A DNA stretch of 64,000 bases. It comes from a virus. The DNA lies in IMG/VR virus record IMGVR_UViG_3300044609_000721. One strand, 5' to 3'. The translations under genes and the position numbers were made by a program. Positions 25,449-36,176 of the stretch are shown in pieces (position 1 is the first letter of the stretch; each line of letters opens with the position of its first letter). The notes under the pieces were generated by a model. That model was not told the origin of the DNA and ran no database searches. It saw only the letters and a list, made by a program, of their open reading frames with translations.

Positions 25449-26919
25449 AAGAATCTTTTAGTTTGATATCTACGATCTCATAGTCAAATTTTTCTTCTGT
25501 GTAAATTTTTACTCTTTCTACAAGATGATTTAGGGTGAAGTTTTTGGTATTGTTATTTGAAATATCATCAGCAATATCATAGAGTACTGCTTGATTTTTA
25601 TTGTCTCCTTTCCTCAGTACACGACCAATTGATTGAAGGTTCCTAACACGAGATTTAGAAGGTGATGCAAAGATAACGTTATGAAGATTGCGAATATTAA
25701 TCCCAGTAGAGAAAGTTCCATAACTAGCAATAATAATTGCGTTGGATTCTTTTTCGCAAATTTGTCTGGCTGCTTCCCTCTCTTCAGTATCCACACCTCC
25801 GTGAATGAAGAATATCTTTCGTGTACCTGCTACCTTACTATTTATGAGGTCGTAAAGTACCTCCCCATGCTTCTCGACATAAGAGAAGAGTACTAGCGTA
25901 TTTCCGTCAAGATCTCGACATAAGTTACGAATTAATTTATTCCTACCAGAGTGGGAGATGATGTAATCCATCTCTTCCTGATATGAATTAAACTTAGTGA
26001 ACTTGTGTTTCAGGAGAAGAATTTTAATCTTCAGTTTGGTTAAGTGACCTTCCTTCATCAAGTCATTGGTTTTAGTAACTTGATTGCACTTACCAAATAC
26101 ACCCTCCAGAACCAGTTTATTTGTAGCACTTCCATCTAGAGTACCAGTGAATCCAATTCGATATTTGCACTCATGTAACTTGGTTAGTATTCCAGTTAGA
26201 GACTTTGCTTTTGCTAAGTGTGCTTCGTCAACAATCACAGCATCGAATCGATCGAACCACTTTCTATGTTCTTTGTAGATTGATTGCCAGGTTGTAATTA
26301 CAACTGGAGCATCGATGTCATACTTCTCTCTACCAGAATAAATCTTATGACAGTAAGCATCTGCTTTCCAACCATAATCTTCAAAGTCTTTATACATCTG
26401 TTCTACCAGTGATGTAGTAGGAACAACTAGCAGAACATTCCTATCTGCATTTACATGATAGCGGATAATAGAATAAATCATGAGAGATTTACCTGATGCC
26501 GTTGGTGATAACAGCAGGCGTCTATTATATTTCAGTGCCTCATAGATCGCACGATACTGATAGTCACGTACTTTATGAGGTAGATTGAGTGACTTAACAA
26601 ATTGAACCACACCCTCAGGAGATATTAATTCATTTACTTCCTGAGGATGTCCGAAGAACTTACACTCCTTAAAGTCATAAGTGTAGCCACGCTCATAGCA
26701 CCATTCAGTCAAGTAATCCAGGAGACCAACATAAATCTCACCAGTTCCAGGAGAATACAAACGAATCTTGCCATCCCACATACGGTTTTTGTACTGGGGC
26801 ATAAATTTTGCGTTTGGTACTTCGAATGTGAAATACTCTGATAGTTCAACGTTAATATGTGGTTCTGCTTCAATCTTTAGATAAACTTCGTTCTTCTTGC
26901 GAATTACAAGATCTGTCAT
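25441..26919 (-). CDS. uvsW: SF2 DNA helicase UvsW
   Basis: RDYQ, SPTASGKS, VDEAH, GFTGT, QSIGRVLR. Confidence 0.96.
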   Translation of the reverse strand: MTDLVIRKKNEVYLKIEAEPHINVELSEYFTFEVPNAKFMPQYKNRMWDGKIRLYSPGTGEIYVGLLDYLTEWCYERGYTYDFKECKFFGHPQEVNELISPEGVVQFVKSLNLPHKVRDYQYRAIYEALKYNRRLLLSPTASGKSLMIYSIIRYHVNADRNVLLVVPTTSLVEQMYKDFEDYGWKADAYCHKIYSGREKYDIDAPVVITTWQSIYKEHRKWFDRFDAVIVDEAHLAKAKSLTGILTKLHECKYRIGFTGTLDGSATNKLVLEGVFGKCNQVTKTNDLMKEGHLTKLKIKILLLKHKFTKFNSYQEEMDYIISHSGRNKLIRNLCRDLDGNTLVLFSYVEKHGEVLYDLINSKVAGTRKIFFIHGGVDTEEREAARQICEKESNAIIIASYGTFSTGINIRNLHNVIFASPSKSRVRNLQSIGRVLRKGDNKNQAVLYDIADDISNNNTKNFTLNHLVERVKIYTEEKFDYEIVDIKLKDSYD

Positions 26920-26920
26920 T

Positions 26921-27349
26921 CTATACTCCTGATTTAAATCTCTCCCACTCGATTGCGTTCTTGATTTGGTAGGATCGATTACTGACCATTTTCAAAATGC
27001 TATCAAGGTAGGTGAGTATCTGTTCTATGTAGTCCAGTTTATACTGTGCCTTCTGAATATCTTCATCGGCGTCTAAAAACATTTCAACCTCATCCTTAGT
27101 TGTAAGTTTGAGGTCGAATGGAATTTCTTTGTAGATTTCTTTGGGTGCCTTTCCCTTATAATACTTCCACTTATCTCGAATTAATGTTTTCAATTTGTAC
27201 TCACTTTCCTTACGCATGAGTGCAAACGTATTGTATAATTCAAAATACTTTTGGTGAAGTTGTGGAACTCTCAGTGATTCTTCACAGAGAAGATCAGAAT
27301 CCATTTCGGAATCTTTCTTCCACATAGTCTGAATTTGCTCTAAGTTCAT
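26921..27349 (-). CDS. uvsY: Recombination mediator UvsY
   Basis: LHQKY...YYKGKA...RSYQIKNAIEW; synteny. Confidence 0.9.
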   Translation of the reverse strand: MNLEQIQTMWKKDSEMDSDLLCEESLRVPQLHQKYFELYNTFALMRKESEYKLKTLIRDKWKYYKGKAPKEIYKEIPFDLKLTTKDEVEMFLDADEDIQKAQYKLDYIEQILTYLDSILKMVSNRSYQIKNAIEWERFKSGV

Positions 27350-27376
27350 AATGTATCTTCAACTTTGTCTATTATA

Positions 27377-27964
27377 TCACGATCCTTCAGGATCCCAAAA
27401 ACTCTTTGTCTTTCTATTTGTCGTACTAGGAACCCTAATCTCATAGTAAGTGTATCGGAACGTAACGTTCGCTGATAAGTAATTGTTATCACCGATAGTA
27501 GCATCAAAATCTAATGTTGATAATGATACTGGGAACATATCAGTAAATACTACATCAAAGTTTGATGTTAAATTATTTGTCAATACTTGAAGAGTTCCAT
27601 CACTAAAAATATTTTTATCTACGTTATTGGAAGTTCTTCTTATGATGGCATCTTCAAATTGTGTTCTCTCCTGGTAAGAATATGGGACACCTAACGCTCT
27701 CATCCAGTTATGGATTTCCAGATAATTATCCAGATCTTCATCCACCAAGAATTGAAAACTTAATGAACTATATTTAAAATTGCCCTCAATTGGGTACTTC
27801 AGAAATGGTGTTGGAATTTCAATTTCACCAACACTAATTTCAGGAATACTCGCTGTTTGGCACAGGTATGATGTTTTAGGTGATTTTTCAATAATAAATT
27901 TGAATCCTATAGGAGACAAATAATTATTATTTTTTATTTGCTGTCTATACCATTCAGCAGCCAT
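27377..27964 (-). CDS. gp3: Tail completion / tube terminator protein
   Basis: NYLSPIGFKF...IPEIS...FLVDEDLDNY.EI..W. Confidence 0.88.
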   Translation of the reverse strand: MAAEWYRQQIKNNNYLSPIGFKFIIEKSPKTSYLCQTASIPEISVGEIEIPTPFLKYPIEGNFKYSSLSFQFLVDEDLDNYLEIHNWMRALGVPYSYQERTQFEDAIIRRTSNNVDKNIFSDGTLQVLTNNLTSNFDVVFTDMFPVSLSTLDFDATIGDNNYLSANVTFRYTYYEIRVPSTTNRKTKSFWDPEGS

Positions 27965-28000
27965 GTCAACTTCCCAAGCTAATAACTATTTATTCCCAAT

Positions 28001-28026
28001 AAAAAAGGGATCCCGAAGGATCCCTT
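28001..28026 (-). terminator. T4-type C(UUCG)G terminator after gp23
   Basis: AAGGGATCC-TTCG-GGATCCCTT-TTTT. Confidence 0.92.
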
Positions 28027-28044
28027 GAACTCAATGTGAATGAA

Positions 28045-29403
28045 TCACATTAGGTTCTTAACAAGCACACGTCTGTAGTAAACGTTTGCGTTAGCGGTGA
28101 GAGCACCTGAACCTTGGGTTAGACCCTCTGCGAATGGGTTAGCAACCATTCCGTAACGAGTCTTAAAGCCGATCTTAGGTTGGAAAGTGTCCTGACCAAC
28201 TGCACGTACCATCTGGAGAGGTACATATGGGCAATAGAAGAGACCAGCATCATAAGGTGAGGTTCCCTTATAACCCATTACGTAGAAGTGGTTATCCGAA
28301 ACGTTTGCCGAATAAGGATCAACATAAACCTTGATACGACCGTTTAGAGTACCAACTAGGGTGCTTGAAGTGTCATCAACACCAGCAAGACCATTGTTAC
28401 CAGCGATACCAGGGGTGTAATCAAGAACACCAGCCATGCCGAGAGCACTTGCAACGTCTGCAGAGCAGATGATGAAGTTACCCTTGCCACGACGAGTTTG
28501 CTGACCGATTGCGTTTGCATCACGCTCGATCTGGAATAGAAGACCCTTGAACTTCTCAACTGACCAACGACCGTTTGAATCAACGTCTAGGTCGAAGATA
28601 CCAGCATTAGCGGTATTGTTCTGAGCACCAGGCTTAGCAATACGATAAAGGGTACGAACAACTTCACGGTTGATTTCAGCAAGAACCTCGGTTGAGAGGA
28701 TGTTTGCTAGTTCGGTCTCAGCATCAAGACCATGGACAGCCTTGAGGTCTTGTGCTAGTTCTAGCGAGTACTCAGCCTTGAGAGCGCGTGACTTTGCAGT
28801 AACGGTAACTTTCTCGATCGAGAATCCCATTTCGTTGAAATGGTTGCCAGCACCGTCGCCAAGTGCTTCAGACTGAGCGGTGGTCATACCTTGACCGCCT
28901 TGGGTGTAGGTTCCGCTGTCATTTAGAAGACCAGGGTTGGAACCAGTCTGAGTGTTTGATGCGAGGGTGTTGCCGCTGTTCTCCGATGAATGCTCTGAGT
29001 TTACTTCGTTGAAGAAGGTTTCAGTAGCGCCACCAGCGATGTTACGGTTGGTGCCATAGGTCGAACGCATTGCGAAGATTAGACCCGTAGGACCTGTCAT
29101 TGGTTGAACACCGCAGATGTCATAAGCCATTAGCTTAGGCATCGAACGACGAATCAACGAAATTAGAACGGGGTCGAAACCTGCGACTGGACCTGTTGCA
29201 GTTGAAGAACCAGAGAAACCAGTACCACCAAGAGAGTTGGTAGGTGCAGCTTCAGTTAGCATACGCTCTTGGCGTAGGAATGATTCTTGGTTTTCTAGCA
29301 GTACTGAGGTGACAGCCTTCTTGTAGGAATCCTGAATAGGATCAGCATCTTTGTGCTCAAGAATGGGTGCCCACTTTTCCTGCAATTGCTCTGACATGAA
29401 CAT
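28045..29403 (-). CDS. gp23: Major capsid protein
   Basis: LQEKWAPIL...GVQPMTGPTGLIFAMRS...KSRALKAEYS.ELAQDL...FQPKIGFKTRYG. TATAAATA at 29462-29469. Confidence 0.98.
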   Translation of the reverse strand: MFMSEQLQEKWAPILEHKDADPIQDSYKKAVTSVLLENQESFLRQERMLTEAAPTNSLGGTGFSGSSTATGPVAGFDPVLISLIRRSMPKLMAYDICGVQPMTGPTGLIFAMRSTYGTNRNIAGGATETFFNEVNSEHSSENSGNTLASNTQTGSNPGLLNDSGTYTQGGQGMTTAQSEALGDGAGNHFNEMGFSIEKVTVTAKSRALKAEYSLELAQDLKAVHGLDAETELANILSTEVLAEINREVVRTLYRIAKPGAQNNTANAGIFDLDVDSNGRWSVEKFKGLLFQIERDANAIGQQTRRGKGNFIICSADVASALGMAGVLDYTPGIAGNNGLAGVDDTSSTLVGTLNGRIKVYVDPYSANVSDNHFYVMGYKGTSPYDAGLFYCPYVPLQMVRAVGQDTFQPKIGFKTRYGMVANPFAEGLTQGSGALTANANVYYRRVLVKNLM

Positions 29404-29470
29404 TTGCTTTTCTCCTTGAAAAAAATGAGTGTTTGTGTTAACTTAATAACAAATGCTTAATTATTTATAA

Positions 29471-30499
29471 TCAAGCCTGTTTTGAGGACCAGCGGGAAAT
29501 TGCTGCTGCATAAGCAGACATAGCATCTCCAACGACAGGTTGTTCTACGGGGGCATCTTCTACAACTGGCGCAGCAGTTCTGGAGAAGTATGACTCCTTG
29601 AGGGTTTCGATCTTCTCACGAAAATCTTCCTCATTGACGAACTCAACACCTTCAGATAGACTCGAAAGTTTATCTTTTTGTGTTTCAGCAAGTCCAACAG
29701 AAACTTCGCTCACAATCCCATTCTTAATAAAACCACCAAGTTTCTTATGCATCTCAACGTTAAGATCGATTTGCTCATTGAGCTTTTCTTCCATAACGTC
29801 GAGTTGTTCGGTCATCTCAGCAACGACATCGAACTGCTCTTCGGGAACATCAAGATGATTTTCCGTGAAGAGATTCTTGAGTCCGTGCATTAGATTCTCA
29901 GCAACCTCAACTTTAATACCGTTGTCGATTGCGAGTCTGTTCTCATCTAACCACTTTTCAGCAGCGAAGGTTAGATAAGAATCAATTTGCTCGGACATTT
30001 CTGTTTTGAACTCAGAAACTGCTTCTTCGAATGCTTGCTCATATGCTTCGTTCATTTGAGCAACTTCTTCATTTAGTTTAGCAGTAACTGCCGCTTCGAA
30101 GATTAGTTTCGCTTTGTCTCTGAATTCTTCTGTAAGGTCTGAACCAGATACAAGAGCGTCAAGATCCTCGTCGAATGCATATCCAAAAGTTTCTTCGGTT
30201 TCTTCTTCGATGGTTTCTCCATCAGTTTCAGTCTCCTCGAAAGTTGGACTCTTCTTGAGTGAATCTTGCTTATCTCCTGATGCTGCGGAAGGCTTAGTAC
30301 CAGGTGCAGTTGCACCCTTCATCTTAGCAGCAACCTTTTTACCGATTGACTCGGTATCATCGGGTTTGCCTGATGTTGGAGTAGGACCACCGATCTCTTC
30401 AGATTCGTCCTTAAGTTGGGACTTCTCTGCAGGTGCGGCGCCCTTGGTGACTACGTTAGAAGCCTCCTCGATCTCCATTGTTTCAATCTCTTTTGACAT
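29471..30499 (-). CDS. gp22: Prohead core scaffold protein
   Basis: Acidic coiled-coil, FRDKAKLIFEAAV; between gp21 and gp23. TATAAATA at 30543-30550. Confidence 0.92.
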   Translation of the reverse strand: MSKEIETMEIEEASNVVTKGAAPAEKSQLKDESEEIGGPTPTSGKPDDTESIGKKVAAKMKGATAPGTKPSAASGDKQDSLKKSPTFEETETDGETIEEETEETFGYAFDEDLDALVSGSDLTEEFRDKAKLIFEAAVTAKLNEEVAQMNEAYEQAFEEAVSEFKTEMSEQIDSYLTFAAEKWLDENRLAIDNGIKVEVAENLMHGLKNLFTENHLDVPEEQFDVVAEMTEQLDVMEEKLNEQIDLNVEMHKKLGGFIKNGIVSEVSVGLAETQKDKLSSLSEGVEFVNEEDFREKIETLKESYFSRTAAPVVEDAPVEQPVVGDAMSAYAAAISRWSSKQA

Positions 30500-30561
30500 T
30501 TGAATTGTCTCCTGTCTAGTTTATTGGGGAATTTCTTGTAATTATTTATATATTAGATATT

Positions 30562-31209
30562 TTATAAACCTTTTAGGAATGAAGCAAACGCTTTGAGTTT
30601 GCGTTCCTGGAGGTCAAAACGAGTCGCCTCGTCAATGGTTTTCTTGAGATAATTGATTTCAACTTCTCTCAACATACCACTTTCCCAAACCCACTCTTTA
30701 CCTTCCATGATTCCCTCAACAAAAGCATCAGGAGCAGAAGGGTCAGCCACGATATCCGCAGCAGTGGCGAGCATAAAGTCTTCGCCAACATAATTGACAC
30801 CATCTTTTACTGTTAGAGATCCTAGACCTCTAGAAGAAACACCGAGTTTTACTCCCTCATCAAGTAAGTTTTTAGCAATTTTACCCATTGGAGTTTCCAA
30901 TAGTTTTGCCTTACCGATGAAATTGTTTCCTTCTCTCTTTAGGGAAAGAATTTTATGTGAAACACGATCAAGGTTGATGGTAGGACCATCGGGATGACCA
31001 AGTTCACCAAGAGCTCTGCCAGCATCAACAAAGCTCTCATTATATTTAGCAACTTCGCGGTCGAGGATATTTACGGGATAATTTCTACCATTTCTGTTGG
31101 TAATATCACCCTGAAGAAAAATACCCTCAATGTAATGAGTTTTCCTACCGTCTTTCTCTTCGGTAAGTACTTGAATCTCTTCGATATTTTCCGTAATTAG
31201 TTTCATCAT
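30562..31209 (-). CDS. gp21: Prohead protease
   Basis: NRNGRNYP, ALGELGHP, GVSSRGLGS, DIVADPSAPDA. Confidence 0.96.
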   Translation of the reverse strand: MMKLITENIEEIQVLTEEKDGRKTHYIEGIFLQGDITNRNGRNYPVNILDREVAKYNESFVDAGRALGELGHPDGPTINLDRVSHKILSLKREGNNFIGKAKLLETPMGKIAKNLLDEGVKLGVSSRGLGSLTVKDGVNYVGEDFMLATAADIVADPSAPDAFVEGIMEGKEWVWESGMLREVEINYLKKTIDEATRFDLQERKLKAFASFLKGL

Positions 31210-31373
31210 TCGTCGTCCTCTGATACTGCCTGATTGAATAGTGTTTGACCTAACTCAACTTTTCTCTGCTGAATCATTTCGTATGCTCTTTGTTGGATAG
31301 CATCATTAACAAGTTCCATAGTAGCAACATTATTCTTGGCAAAAATGCTGTCAAAGATTTCGTTTGCAGACAT
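31206..31373 (-). CDS. Small prohead core protein (gp67/gp68-like position), 55 aa
   Basis: Hand translation MSANEIFDSIFAKNNVATMELVNDAIQQRAYEMIQQRKVELGQTLFNQAVSEDDE. AAGGAG Shine-Dalgarno; ATGA overlap with gp21. Confidence 0.7.
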   Translation of the reverse strand: MSANEIFDSIFAKNNVATMELVNDAIQQRAYEMIQQRKVELGQTLFNQAVSEDDE

Positions 31374-31400
31374 GATTATAATCTCCTTTTACTCTATTAT

Positions 31401-33050
31401 TTAGAATTCCGCTTTTTTCAAGTCCCTAGGATCGGGTTCTACACCGCCTTCTCCGACTTGTGGGCCACCTTCCTGTGGTGGTTGTGCTCCTCCAGCAGCA
31501 CCCGCTTCAGGAGGCATTGCGCCACCATCCATAGGCATTCCAGTTGCAGGATCGACCATTGCATTGGGATCCATGATCTTACCGTCTGCCATTTCTTTTT
31601 CAATTTGCTTATCAATCTCTTTAAATTCGCGTTCAGTTTGTTGAAGAACATTGCGACGAATTTGTTCGATTGAGAAATACTTACCGACATATGGATCCAT
31701 TGCTGAAACGAGATTGAGTCTCTCGTTCATCATCTCCATATTCTTTAATTCATTGAAGTAATTATCCGCAATGAAATCATATTGAATGTGATTCTTAATT
31801 GATTCCCAATCTTCAAGAGTAATAATACCCTTTAGGATCAACTGAGTTTTTAAAATATCTGCAAATAATTCCGAGAACTGTTTGCGAAGACGATTGATGA
31901 ACTTCTGGAACTTGAGTTCGTCTCTCGTAATTTCAGTCGAACGACCAATGTTAAATGTGGTTTCTGTTTCTAATCTTGAGTTGGGAACGTTAAGTGACTT
32001 GTACAGTTTCTTCTGGAAGTACTTAACATCTTCGAGTTCTCCAAGATTCTGACCGCCAGGAAGAGTTGTGATCTCTGTACCACGCCCACCTTCTCTACGA
32101 GGCAACCAGAAGTCCTCAAGCATACTCATGAACTTACGGTCATCTTTAATCTCGCCAGTGTTAGCGTCATACACTAACTTGTTTCTGTAACGAGACATGA
32201 CCTCACGGAGGTATTGTTCTGCTTTGATCTTTGGTAGATTACCAACATCGATGTAGAAAATTCTACGCTCAGGAGCACGCGATAGGCGGTAAATAACCAG
32301 AGAGTCTTCAATCATGCGGAGTTGGTTCACCGCTTTGATTGCTTTGTGTAGATGCGAAAGCACCATGTTTTTGTTCATATCAAAGATTCCAGAATGTACA
32401 AATGTGATTGCATCTGGAGCGACTTTAATACCTTGAGTATCTCCTGCCTTTAATCCTTTTCCGTTATAGATGAAATAATCAACGGTCTTTTGAGTGAATG
32501 CTTGACTTGGATCACTTGGATTCACTCTAGAAGGTGTAGTTTCAATCTCAAGAACTTTACGAATCTTTCTTGGGTCAATATATCTAAGTTCAATAATACC
32601 ACCAGAAGGATTTTTGGGATCAATCATTTTATGGTAAAATAGTCTTCCGTCAATATACCAACGACGGAAAATATCATATGATTTATTTTCAAAATCCAGT
32701 AAAGTTAGAACGTAATCGAATTCTTCTCTAATAAGTTTTTTAACTTTATCGCTTACACTCTTTAAATTTGATAGGTCTATTTCAATTGGAACATCATTAA
32801 AATTACCGCAGATTGCTTCGTTAACAACATCGTCAACTGCAGCATCGCATTCTGGTTGCAGCACCATATCACGGTATCGAGTGATCAATTCCCACTCGTT
32901 CTTTACCGTTCCATCGATGTCAACATAATGACCATAATAACCGCCTGCGGCAATAGGAGTAGCGCCATCGCTATTATCTTTCTGCACAAAAGAAGGCCCT
33001 TTCGGAACCTTCTTTGCTCTCTCTATGGAGTATCCAAATAATTGTGACAT
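31401..33050 (-). CDS. gp20: Portal vertex protein
   Basis: RRWYIDGR...NQLRMIEDSLVIYRLSRAPERRIFYIDVGNLP...WLPRREGGRGTEITTLPG. Confidence 0.98.
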   Translation of the reverse strand: MSQLFGYSIERAKKVPKGPSFVQKDNSDGATPIAAGGYYGHYVDIDGTVKNEWELITRYRDMVLQPECDAAVDDVVNEAICGNFNDVPIEIDLSNLKSVSDKVKKLIREEFDYVLTLLDFENKSYDIFRRWYIDGRLFYHKMIDPKNPSGGIIELRYIDPRKIRKVLEIETTPSRVNPSDPSQAFTQKTVDYFIYNGKGLKAGDTQGIKVAPDAITFVHSGIFDMNKNMVLSHLHKAIKAVNQLRMIEDSLVIYRLSRAPERRIFYIDVGNLPKIKAEQYLREVMSRYRNKLVYDANTGEIKDDRKFMSMLEDFWLPRREGGRGTEITTLPGGQNLGELEDVKYFQKKLYKSLNVPNSRLETETTFNIGRSTEITRDELKFQKFINRLRKQFSELFADILKTQLILKGIITLEDWESIKNHIQYDFIADNYFNELKNMEMMNERLNLVSAMDPYVGKYFSIEQIRRNVLQQTEREFKEIDKQIEKEMADGKIMDPNAMVDPATGMPMDGGAMPPEAGAAGGAQPPQEGGPQVGEGGVEPDPRDLKKAEF

Positions 33051-33063
33051 TCTAAAAACCTAC

Positions 33064-33093
33064 AGTAGCAAATATTCCTTTGCTACTATTTAT
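33064..33093 (-). promoter_or_regulatory. Late promoter (ATAAATA) followed immediately by a 9-bp hairpin upstream of gp20
   Basis: agtagcaaa-N6-tttgctact at 33064-33087; promoter at 33087-33093. Confidence 0.55.
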
Positions 33094-33098
33094 CAACT

Positions 33099-33833
33099 TT
33101 ATTCTAGTTCAATTAGAGATGCTGCGCCACCCGCTGCAGTACCACCAGAAGCACCACTGCTAATGGGGATTGGTCTCCAGTACTGAACCTGAAGTTCAAC
33201 GGTGTACTCTTCAATTGCATCATTCGAACTGTAGTCGAGATCAATTGCGGAGATGTTTGAAGGCCATACGTCAACGAAGTCGTAGGATCTTACTGCATTA
33301 CCTCTTCTATCTAACTGAGAAACTCTCATTGGAGCCATATACTTGAGGTACTGGGGATCTCCAGAAGGAAGTTGACCGTAATCGAAGTCGGTTGCATTCT
33401 CATCATATAGTTGAATTGCTTCCATCCATCTTTCGAAATATGATCTTAGAACGAACGAAGTATCGTTGTGGACAGTGATGGTCCAAGGTTCAAATGTACG
33501 ATCTCCAGCGATCTTAAGCATTCTTCCACGGAAAGGAACTTCAATAACTCCAACAGTTGATGCTGGGATTTGTGCTGCCTTAATTGTGAATGCGCCTAAA
33601 ATTCTTGCTGAGTCTGCAGATGAAGGTGTTGAACTAGCAGTTGAAGAAGCAGCAAGTGCTCCTACAGTTGTTCCTGCAACTACATTCTGTCCAGTATCTC
33701 TTGAACCAGAAGCGATTAGTTGAACCAGTGCAGGTGGCCAATCAATGTCCACCTGGAATAGATTTGGTCTTGCATAATCAAGTTGTGAGTTCGCTTTGAA
33801 TGTACTAATTCTAGCGCGATTGTTAGTTGACAT
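33099..33833 (-). CDS. gp19: Tail tube protein
   Basis: ARPNLFQV...IPASTVG.IEVPFRGR.LKIAGDRTFEPWT.T. Confidence 0.95.
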   Translation of the reverse strand: MSTNNRARISTFKANSQLDYARPNLFQVDIDWPPALVQLIASGSRDTGQNVVAGTTVGALAASSTASSTPSSADSARILGAFTIKAAQIPASTVGVIEVPFRGRMLKIAGDRTFEPWTITVHNDTSFVLRSYFERWMEAIQLYDENATDFDYGQLPSGDPQYLKYMAPMRVSQLDRRGNAVRSYDFVDVWPSNISAIDLDYSSNDAIEEYTVELQVQYWRPIPISSGASGGTAAGGAASLIELE

Positions 33834-33872
33834 GGTTGTTATCCTCCGTTATTTGTTGGTCCTTTAATAGAA

Positions 33873-36113
33873 TTAAGAAGCGATTTCTTCAAAAGCAACC
33901 CCAGTTCTTGTTGCAATAAAGGAGATCGAAATGTAGTTAATTGTTCTGGTTGGCTTCAGGTAAACTTCAGCATAGAACTCACCTCTATCGATTGCATCAG
34001 GAGGATTGTTTGAGGCATCACACTTCACTAGGAAGTCACTTACTCCTCTTCTACCTTGGATATTTCTTAGGTATGGTTCAACTGCATTAATAAAGGAGGA
34101 TCTTGCAGTATCATCATTCTGCTGGAACAGTACATTTTGTGCTGCTCTTGAAACAGTCTTCTCAACAACCAAGAAGAGACGACGGACGTTGATTCTATCG
34201 AATGCAGATTGATAACCTAGCGCAGTCTTGTCACCGAATAGTACGATACCTTGACCTGGGAAAGAAACAATAGGATTGATTCTTTCTACATATAGTTGGT
34301 CTCTTTGAGCCTTATTTGGAGAGTATGCAAGACGAATTGCATTTCTCAATACACCTCTTTGGAATCCAGCAGGAGAATACCAAGGATCTTGATTGATTTG
34401 AGTAGTTAGACATAGACCAGCCATGTCAGCATTGCAGGGGATATAACGGAATGTATCGTTATATCTATCGTAGATATACTTGTAACCGCTATCGAATGCA
34501 GCGTATGAAGTGCTTGGAAGCTTCGAGAACCAGTTTACTAGGTTGGTTGTTACAACACTGGTATCGGTAATTCCAATAACCTGATCGCGGATTGGCGAGA
34601 AGAACGCCATGCAATCCTTTCTTGTTTCTAGGATGTTGTTAATCGTTGAAACTCTTGCTAGTGCTTCGGTTTCAGTTGCTCCCATTCCGCCAGGAATGAT
34701 GAAATCTAGAACCTCAGTTTCAGGATCAGATAGAAGACTATATGCTTCAGAGTAGTTACCTGAAGAAGGATTGTATGCAGAAACACCAGCAGTTCCAGCA
34801 GATGCTCCTAGTTCATACTGTTGGGTTGCTCCTAGAGTAGAACCAACGAATACTTCACCATTTACTGCGGAAGTTACTTCCGTACCCTGAACTAGGTTGA
34901 ATGCAGTATTTGCTGCAGTCTGTCCCCAATCACCATCGGCTTCAACAGCACCTACTGAGAATACTTCGTTAGAATTGTATGCACCAGCATATAGATATGC
35001 TGACTTATTCTTGAGAGCAGTCTTGTAGTAGTTATTTTCGCCATTTGTGGTCTTAGCATCAGATGCCTTTGAGAGACCAACAAACTTCTCTAGAATTGTA
35101 TTTGGAGTTCCAGTTACGGTTCCCTTCGAATCTACAACTACAACGTGAAGTTCATCTCTAAATCCATTCTTCGAAGCAGCAAAAGGTGAAGTTCCAGGAC
35201 GGGTTCCGATTGAAGTCCATCTTAGACCAGGGAATACTTCTCTTACTTGATATTCCTTTTGAGCAGAATTGATATTTACTGAACCTGAGTTGTCATCGGA
35301 GACATCATTGCCAGCAGCAAAATCGATGGAACCTTGATTGAGAACTGTTAGTAGTTCTCTTCTAACACCATTGGTCGATACAACACCAGAAGCACCTGAT
35401 GAAGTCTGAGTTACTGTATCTGCTGCAGCAACAATACCAGCATAATCTGTTGCTAGTTCGATCTCAAGTACTCTTGTTGATGCATCATATGCCAATACGG
35501 TAGCATCATCGCCTCCTACACTAGCAGCACCAGGAACAAACTTACCTACAACTCCAGCATTTAGAGTTAGTTTTAGTGAATACTTATAAACCTTACCTGC
35601 GGCACCAGTAGATGCTGCAAGATCAGCACCTGCAACAAACTGCCACTCGTTACCTGAAGCGGGAGCGTCTAAGGTTAGTACTTGATCAGGACCAGCATCG
35701 GTTACATATACCTTGATGCCATTTGCATACTCACCAGCAGTCTTAGCAGCAAAGTACCATGTTGGTGAACTTGACTCAAAGGTTGTTTCGTATACAACAT
35801 TGTTCTGGATCTTTACTGCTGATCCATTACTTACAGCGTTCTTTAGATCTGCTGCATCTGTTCTAATAACTTTGATTGTTCCACCATATAGGAGGTACTG
35901 AGCAGCGGAGAACCAGTACTCATAGTTATTATCGTTTGGCTTTCCAAACACCTGTTCTAGTTGCTGTTCAGTTGAAACAACACGTACTTCATTAACTGGA
36001 CCCTTAGCAAAAGGACCAACTAAAGATGCATATGTTGGGGTTGAAGATGTACTTACTGTAGTGTTATCAATCTCTCTGATAACAACACCTGGGGAAAATT
36101 GACTTAATGCCAT
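33873..36113 (-). CDS. gp18: Tail sheath protein
   Basis: SPGVVIRE...PWYSPAG..RG...FDRINVRRLF. TATAAATA at 36158-36165. Confidence 0.97.
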   Translation of the reverse strand: MALSQFSPGVVIREIDNTTVSTSSTPTYASLVGPFAKGPVNEVRVVSTEQQLEQVFGKPNDNNYEYWFSAAQYLLYGGTIKVIRTDAADLKNAVSNGSAVKIQNNVVYETTFESSSPTWYFAAKTAGEYANGIKVYVTDAGPDQVLTLDAPASGNEWQFVAGADLAASTGAAGKVYKYSLKLTLNAGVVGKFVPGAASVGGDDATVLAYDASTRVLEIELATDYAGIVAAADTVTQTSSGASGVVSTNGVRRELLTVLNQGSIDFAAGNDVSDDNSGSVNINSAQKEYQVREVFPGLRWTSIGTRPGTSPFAASKNGFRDELHVVVVDSKGTVTGTPNTILEKFVGLSKASDAKTTNGENNYYKTALKNKSAYLYAGAYNSNEVFSVGAVEADGDWGQTAANTAFNLVQGTEVTSAVNGEVFVGSTLGATQQYELGASAGTAGVSAYNPSSGNYSEAYSLLSDPETEVLDFIIPGGMGATETEALARVSTINNILETRKDCMAFFSPIRDQVIGITDTSVVTTNLVNWFSKLPSTSYAAFDSGYKYIYDRYNDTFRYIPCNADMAGLCLTTQINQDPWYSPAGFQRGVLRNAIRLAYSPNKAQRDQLYVERINPIVSFPGQGIVLFGDKTALGYQSAFDRINVRRLFLVVEKTVSRAAQNVLFQQNDDTARSSFINAVEPYLRNIQGRRGVSDFLVKCDASNNPPDAIDRGEFYAEVYLKPTRTINYISISFIATRTGVAFEEIAS

Positions 36114-36176
36114 GTTACTTATTCTCCTGAGAGATTTTCGTGGTTGGTTTCTAGAAATATTTATAATTTGGGTTTT

